Below, in pieces: positions 23,966 to 29,093 of a DNA stretch of 29,093 bases; position 1 is the stretch's first letter; each line of letters begins with the position of its first letter. The notes below the pieces were generated by a model that worked only from the letters and a program-made list of their open reading frames with translations, was not told the DNA's origin and searched no databases. The stretch is taken from positions 20,087-49,179 of the forward strand of contig CAZQBY010000009.1 in assembly GCA_964592405.1 (NCBI GenBank), given 5' to 3'. The translations under genes and the position numbers were made by a program. Origin of the DNA: an uncultured archaeon (GTDB lineage Archaea; Altiarchaeota; Altiarchaeia; JAFGQM01).

Positions 23966-25243
23966 ATGCCAAGAAATTCCCCAAGAGAGAACAGGAGAGG
24001 GGTTAAACGCGAACATAAGCCCGGAAGAGCCAAAATACCAAAAGACCTGCGGAAAAGGATAGATGTGCTCAAGAGAGATAAACAGGTAATTAACAGGCAT
24101 ATATCACGCGTCAAAAGTCTGCTTGATGCCGAAGTCAGAAAGCCCGCAGAGAGAAGAGACCCCGAGTTCATAAGAAGGAGAGAGATAGAACTAGAGAGGT
24201 TGCAACATGCGCTGGCTAGGAACAAGGAACAACTGAGGCTCATTGGCCGGAATGTTGGGACTAAGGAGGCCCTGAGAAGAGAGAAGGTTGCAGCTGATAG
24301 GAGAGAGTTTGCTGCCAGGAGAGATGCAGCACTCGTAGCCAAAACAGCGCGCAAGAAAATCGCTAGGCTTGAAGGAAATCTGAGGGGATATCAGGAGGCT
24401 GTCAGCGCCCTAAGGAGGGCCCGGGATGACCTGTTCAACAGACTTCGGGCTGCCGGTGGAAGAAATGCAGACCTTGAGAGAAAAATCGAGAGACTGAATG
24501 TAGAGATAGGCGCCCGGGAAGAAGCCTTAACCAAGACAAAAAGAGAGCTTATGGAGCTCAGGCAAAGGATGAAGAAAGGCGGTAGAAAGGCTGCACAGGT
24601 TATAGCCGTGGAAAGGGAGAGAAGCAGGACGGCTAGAAAAGCTGCGGAGGAACATCGCCAGAGGGTGGCCCAAATCGAAGGGGGGAGAAATCAGCTCTCA
24701 GAAGAGCTGAGGGACTTGAGAAGACAGCTCACCAGGGCAAGACAGGAGGGCAATAACAGGGAAATCCAAGAGCTGAGAGACAGAATTAGCCGTGTAGAAG
24801 GCCAATTAGCAGCAACAGGCGTTCTCGGAGGTGCCGGCAGTGAGGGTAGTGCTGCCGCTACAGCAACTGCAGGTGGGGGAGGATTGGCCCCCGAGGTTAT
24901 AGAATCTCTCAGGCAAGGTGGTGTCAGCGAGGAGCTAATACGGCGCCTACTGGAGGCAAGAGGCAGCCCGGGTGAAGATCCCATCGCTCAGAGGATACGT
25001 GCAGCAAAGGAAGCCGGCCTCACTGGTGAGGCGCTGGAGAAAGCCGTTATGGCCGCCCTTGGAAAAGAAGAGAGGGAGAAGGAAAAGAAAAGCGGCGCAG
25101 CCAAGTTTAGAGAGGGTGCAACCGAGATTGCTGGCGGGCTTAGTGCATCCATATTCAATCCAGCAATATATGGCAATATCCTCCTTATAGTGATACTGGT
25201 CCTCATGATGTGGATAGTTATCCAGTTCTTCGGGATGGTCTGA
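23966..25243 (+). CDS. Long Arg/Glu-rich coiled-coil protein with C-terminal TM helix
   Basis: ~280 aa of charged heptads, a Gly/Ala linker, a short helical domain, and C-terminal TM ILLIVILVLMMWIVIQFF. Confidence 0.78.
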   Translation: MPRNSPRENRRGVKREHKPGRAKIPKDLRKRIDVLKRDKQVINRHISRVKSLLDAEVRKPAERRDPEFIRRREIELERLQHALARNKEQLRLIGRNVGTKEALRREKVAADRREFAARRDAALVAKTARKKIARLEGNLRGYQEAVSALRRARDDLFNRLRAAGGRNADLERKIERLNVEIGAREEALTKTKRELMELRQRMKKGGRKAAQVIAVERERSRTARKAAEEHRQRVAQIEGGRNQLSEELRDLRRQLTRARQEGNNREIQELRDRISRVEGQLAATGVLGGAGSEGSAAATATAGGGGLAPEVIESLRQGGVSEELIRRLLEARGSPGEDPIAQRIRAAKEAGLTGEALEKAVMAALGKEEREKEKKSGAAKFREGATEIAGGLSASIFNPAIYGNILLIVILVLMMWIVIQFFGMV

Positions 25244-25249
25244 GAAGGT

Positions 25250-27151
25250 TCAGGTCAACCCAACCTTCAGTTTCCTAAGTATCCGGCCCCCATCCTCAAC
25301 TACGTGTTTTAGGACATCACGTATTGTCCCAGCGTAAATGACCCTTATTTTCCGTGCCTTTGCCGGATCCAGAACCAGATCCCCCTTGTTGGCCTTCGGA
25401 ATTATTACCTCTTTTATCCCTGCCTCAATGGCAGCCTCGACCTTGGGGGTTATGCCCCCTACAGGGAGGACTTCCCCCCTGACATCTATTGACCCAGTCA
25501 TAGCAATGTCCTGTCTAACAGGGATATTCTCCAAGGCAGAGAGTGCAGCTACCGCTACACTAATCGATGCTGAATCACCTTCCACACCCTCATAGGTCTG
25601 CAGGAACTGCACATGAATGTCATAATCCCTGATGTTCTTGCCCATATACTTCTTGACTATGGCCGAAACATTGTGGACAGCCTCCTTGGCTATATCCCCC
25701 AGCCTGCCCGTAACTATAACCTTGCCCTCATTCTTGCTCTCGGCAGCGGTAACTTCCGAAACTATGGGGAGAACTATACCACCGTTTCCTATAACTGCAA
25801 GTCCGTTCACCCGTCCAACCTCGGCACCCCTGGTGCGTATGACCTCATACTCCCTTCTCCTCTCAACATATTTATCAGCCGCCTGTTCCTCCAAGGTTCG
25901 CGAGGCCTTTAGTGCATCCCTGACATCCTGTCGTGTCACATATTTGTGTTTCCTCTCCACGGCCAAGTCACCGGCGGCCCTCACCAAGCCTCCGAGCTCT
26001 CTGAGCCTCAATGTCAGGCGACCTTTTCTGCCGGCACGCCTCTTGGACTCTATATGAATCTCCCTGACTGCATCCCTCACAAAGTGGGGTATCTTGCCGT
26101 CTTTGGAGACCTCCTGAGCCACAAACTGCACCAGCCTCTTTCTCTCCAGCTCTGTATCTGGTACGGAGTCGTTCATATAGACCTCATATCCATAACCCTG
26201 TATTCGGGATCTCAGGGCAGGATGAATGTGTTTAAGGACCTCTACATTCCCTGCAGCCACCAGAACAAAATCACAGGGAACCGGCTCCGTAACAACCATT
26301 GCTCCGGATGACATCTCGCTGCGCCCTGTTATATGCATCTGCCGGTTCTGCATAGCTGTCAGTAAATCGTGCTGTACCTTCAGATCCATGGTGCCTATCT
26401 CATCTATGAAAAGAACTCCCTTATTGGCCTTGTGTATCAGACCGGGGAGAACCCTCATATGGGCAGGAGTCCCGAGTCCGCCGCTTTGAAGCGGATCATG
26501 CTTGACATCACCTAGGAGGGCACCGGCATGTGCACCGGTAGCCTCTATAAATGGTGGCTTCTTCACTCCGGCATTATTTATCAAGAGTTTTGGGATTTCC
26601 CTCTTCTCAGTCTTGACCAGTTTTGTGGCAAGTATCATAACTGAGACTAGTAGTATACTGACTATCATCTGTGCCGCAATTATGACGGCATCGATATCCG
26701 TCAGCCAGTGGAGGATCCAGGGGTAGAGAAGGAGCAGGAAGGAGAAGAGAGTCAGGAAGAATTTGGAACTGCTTGGGGCCTGTGCGCGTGCTTTTTTCAG
26801 TACCTTTATTCCATTGCCTGCTTTAACGACCTTGACCCTCGGGTTGTTCTCATCCTCGGGATTTGGCAGAATCAGGACATCCTGCATCTCTTCCATAGGA
26901 AGCAGCTCGGCCATTGCTTGTCCAAGCAGGCTCTTTCCAGTTCCAGGTTCACCTATGAGCAGGACATTTCGCCTCTGGGCTGCTGCCTTTTTTATGATCT
27001 CCACAGCACCATCCTGACCAATTATCTGGTTGGCAAGTATTTTAGGGACATATATCTCCTCTGTTGTTTTGAAATCGTCCCATTTCCTAAGTTTGAGAGC
27101 ATCCTTCTTCTTGGTTTCGTTCTTCTTGGTTTTTTTGTCTTCTTTGGCCAT
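25250..27151 (-). CDS. lonB: Archaeal membrane-anchored Lon protease (LonB)
   Basis: IIGQDGA, Walker A GEPGTGKS, two TM helices inside the AAA domain, [14 protein letters not shown], catalytic EGDSASI and KVEAA. Confidence 0.96.
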   Translation of the reverse strand: MAKEDKKTKKNETKKKDALKLRKWDDFKTTEEIYVPKILANQIIGQDGAVEIIKKAAAQRRNVLLIGEPGTGKSLLGQAMAELLPMEEMQDVLILPNPEDENNPRVKVVKAGNGIKVLKKARAQAPSSSKFFLTLFSFLLLLYPWILHWLTDIDAVIIAAQMIVSILLVSVMILATKLVKTEKREIPKLLINNAGVKKPPFIEATGAHAGALLGDVKHDPLQSGGLGTPAHMRVLPGLIHKANKGVLFIDEIGTMDLKVQHDLLTAMQNRQMHITGRSEMSSGAMVVTEPVPCDFVLVAAGNVEVLKHIHPALRSRIQGYGYEVYMNDSVPDTELERKRLVQFVAQEVSKDGKIPHFVRDAVREIHIESKRRAGRKGRLTLRLRELGGLVRAAGDLAVERKHKYVTRQDVRDALKASRTLEEQAADKYVERRREYEVIRTRGAEVGRVNGLAVIGNGGIVLPIVSEVTAAESKNEGKVIVTGRLGDIAKEAVHNVSAIVKKYMGKNIRDYDIHVQFLQTYEGVEGDSASISVAVAALSALENIPVRQDIAMTGSIDVRGEVLPVGGITPKVEAAIEAGIKEVIIPKANKGDLVLDPAKARKIRVIYAGTIRDVLKHVVEDGGRILRKLKVGLT

Positions 27152-27157
27152 TATAGT

Positions 27158-28213
27158 ATGATTGTTTTCCGGTTTTCAGGAGAGCATGAGACGCTCCCCA
27201 TTGAGGAGGTGAGGGCGCTCTATGAGGCGTATGGTAGGGAGTTTGAGATCCTGGAAAGGACAGACAGGCTGTTACTTGTCAAGGGCAGTCTCAGCCCACA
27301 TATCCTATCACGCCTAGCCCTAACCCATGGATTTTATCCGACAGATATAGTCACAGACATAAGAGGTCTGGACAGGATATTATTATCCCTAGACCTTAAA
27401 AAAGCCAAGAGTTTCTGTGTCCGGTGTCTGGGCTTCCGGCACAATAGAGCGGAGGAAAGGCGCACAGGGGAAATAATCCTCAGCAGCCACAAAGCTAAGG
27501 TTGATCTGGAGAAGCCAGATGCCATAGTCTACATCATCAGGATAAACAAGAGAGTGGCAGTCTCCCTTAGGAGATATGAAACAGGGAATTTTACCGCACG
27601 CAATCCCAATAAGAGACCATTCTTTCACCCCCTCGCCCTGAGCCCAAAACTGGCATGCCTGTTCCTGAATCTGGCCAGACTGCGGGAGGGAAACACAGTT
27701 CTTGACCCCTTCTGCGGCTCTGGGTCAATATTGATAGAAGCTGGTTTGATGAATCTAAAGGCAATAGGTATTGATAAGGATATAGAAATGCTTTGGGGGT
27801 GTGCCCGGAATCTAGAGCACTATGGTGTGGAAGCCGAGATTATGGAGGGAGATGCCACAGATATCAGGCTGGTGGACAGTGAGGGAAAACCGAAAACTGT
27901 AGATGCAATAGTCACTGACCCCCCATATGCACGCGCAAGCAAGGTATTTTCAATGCCTCCGGAAGAGCTTTACAGTGCCTTCTTGAAATCAGCCTACCGG
28001 ACGCTCAGGCCGGGCGGATATCTGGTCTTTTCAGTCCCTCATGACACAAGAATTGGTTATCCGATTAATAAAGTGGAGGGCCGGCAGGAGCCATCATCTA
28101 ACCAAGGTGGAGATCTGAAAGCCGGTTTTGAAGAGAGGGGAAACTTCTTATATTATGTCCACAAATCGCTCACTAGGAGGATTTATGTTTTGAGAAAGGC
28201 TGTCCAAGACTAA
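27158..28213 (+). CDS. trm11: tRNA (guanine(10)-N2)-methyltransferase, THUMP + Rossmann MTase (Trm11/TrmG10)
   Basis: [13 protein letters not shown] (SFCVR, VDLEKPD), [42 protein letters not shown]. True start is ATG 27158, not 26708. Confidence 0.88.
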   Translation: MIVFRFSGEHETLPIEEVRALYEAYGREFEILERTDRLLLVKGSLSPHILSRLALTHGFYPTDIVTDIRGLDRILLSLDLKKAKSFCVRCLGFRHNRAEERRTGEIILSSHKAKVDLEKPDAIVYIIRINKRVAVSLRRYETGNFTARNPNKRPFFHPLALSPKLACLFLNLARLREGNTVLDPFCGSGSILIEAGLMNLKAIGIDKDIEMLWGCARNLEHYGVEAEIMEGDATDIRLVDSEGKPKTVDAIVTDPPYARASKVFSMPPEELYSAFLKSAYRTLRPGGYLVFSVPHDTRIGYPINKVEGRQEPSSNQGGDLKAGFEERGNFLYYVHKSLTRRIYVLRKAVQD

Positions 28214-28265
28214 CTTATTTGGCTGGTGGCCGAAAAGCTTATTTTCATCCAGCTTCAAAATCTCT

Positions 28266-29057
28266 GTGGATTTCTATCTGGACAAAAACCTAATATTGGA
28301 GTCAAACTGCGAGCTTGAAGAAGCGGAGTTTGGCATAATTGGGGTGCCCTTTGATTCCACCTGCTCATATCGACCCGGCTGTCGCTTTGGGCCGCTGGCC
28401 ATACGAACGGAATTCCTAGAGCTGGAAAAGCCGGACGAGTTCTTCAAGCGGAAGATCTGCGATTTGGGCAATCTTAACGTCGTCCATGGCAATCTCCAAG
28501 AGACCAACCGCCGCTTTGAGGAAACCCTGCAAAAGGTCTTTCAGGAGAACTCTGACCTTACCCTCATAACCCTAGGAGGTGAGCACTCAGTCTCTTACCC
28601 ACCAATAAAGGTTCTCAAAGAAAGGCACAAGGGTCTGCAGGTCGCCCACTTCGACGCCCACGCAGACCTGAAGGATAATTATCTGGGTGAGAAGTGGTCG
28701 CATGCAACGGCCATGAAAAGGGTTTACGACCTGGGTGTGGATATAGTGCAGTTTGGTGTCAGGGCGGCTGATAAGAGCGAGAAGGCAATCCGGAAGAAAC
28801 TGAAGAACAAATTGGAAGACAAACCGACCTACATAAGCATAGACATGGATGTGCTTGATCCGGGCCTCTGCCCCGGTGTGGGGACTCCGGAACCGGGAGG
28901 TCTAACACTATCCAAGATATTATCGATAGTCAGAAAGGTCAGAAACCTCGCAGGCTTTGACATAACCGAAACCAATCCCCTTTTTGACAAGGGCAATGTA
29001 ACCTCCGTAACTGCCGCGAAACTAATGCTGGAGCTCATTCAATCTTCTCCTCAATAA
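28266..29057 (+). CDS. speB: Agmatinase (ureohydrolase family)
   Basis: GVPFDST.SYRPG.RFGP, LGGEHS, HFDAHADL, SHAT, YISIDMDVLDP, GTPEPGG. GTG start. Confidence 0.9.
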   Translation: MDFYLDKNLILESNCELEEAEFGIIGVPFDSTCSYRPGCRFGPLAIRTEFLELEKPDEFFKRKICDLGNLNVVHGNLQETNRRFEETLQKVFQENSDLTLITLGGEHSVSYPPIKVLKERHKGLQVAHFDAHADLKDNYLGEKWSHATAMKRVYDLGVDIVQFGVRAADKSEKAIRKKLKNKLEDKPTYISIDMDVLDPGLCPGVGTPEPGGLTLSKILSIVRKVRNLAGFDITETNPLFDKGNVTSVTAAKLMLELIQSSPQ

Positions 29058-29093
29058 AGAAGTTCTTGATCCGGCCAAGAAGCCTTTTACCGA
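29035..29093 (-). CDS. Possible 3' end of a convergent gene entering from outside the window
   Basis: Open minus frame ...GKRLLGRIKNFFIEEKIE* ending at 29035. Too short to be sure. Confidence 0.3.
   Translation of the reverse strand, partial: GKRLLGRIKNFFIEEKIE

Noticed and set aside
14031-27151. Inteins in Top6 or LonB
   Set aside because: Protein lengths are normal and no intein splice or LAGLIDADG motifs are visible.
26708-27157. 150-aa N-terminal extension of the Trm11 ORF in the ORF track
   Set aside because: It is the antisense of the lonB 5' region. Trm11-like sequence starts at ATG 27158.

Overview
Archaeal chromosomal segment, judged from Top6A/B, membrane-anchored LonB, Trm11, geranylgeranyl reductase with ferredoxin, split LplA/LplB and TATA-like promoters. 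The gene content would fit a DPANN-type or other uncultured lineage, but that cannot be fixed from this window. Most of 13-29 kb is housekeeping or hypothetical genes plus tRNA-Asn(GTT). The standout is a four-gene cell-surface locus at about 2.3-12.3 kb: (i) a ~1980-aa secreted mosaic adhesin with 3 MG2/Ig-like repeats, 3 tandem C1q/TNF-like domains, 3 Cys-containing Ig-like repeats and a LamG domain; (ii) a small secreted 230-aa protein with its own TATA/palindrome promoter and a T-rich terminator; (iii) a membrane-anchored CWB2-like/Ig protein; and (iv) a membrane-anchored protein with a Cys-rich linker. Proteins i, ii and iv share a homologous ~190-aa beta-rich domain. It is C-terminal in the adhesin, the whole mature protein in ii, and N-terminal in the anchor. 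This tip/shaft/base arrangement suggests an undescribed Sec-dependent, non-type-IV archaeal fimbrial or filament system, possibly polymerising by donor-strand exchange (inference only). A 57-aa 2x[4Fe-4S] ferredoxin missing from the ORF track was found at 20218-20391 (-). Domain calls come from visual motif recognition, not database searches.
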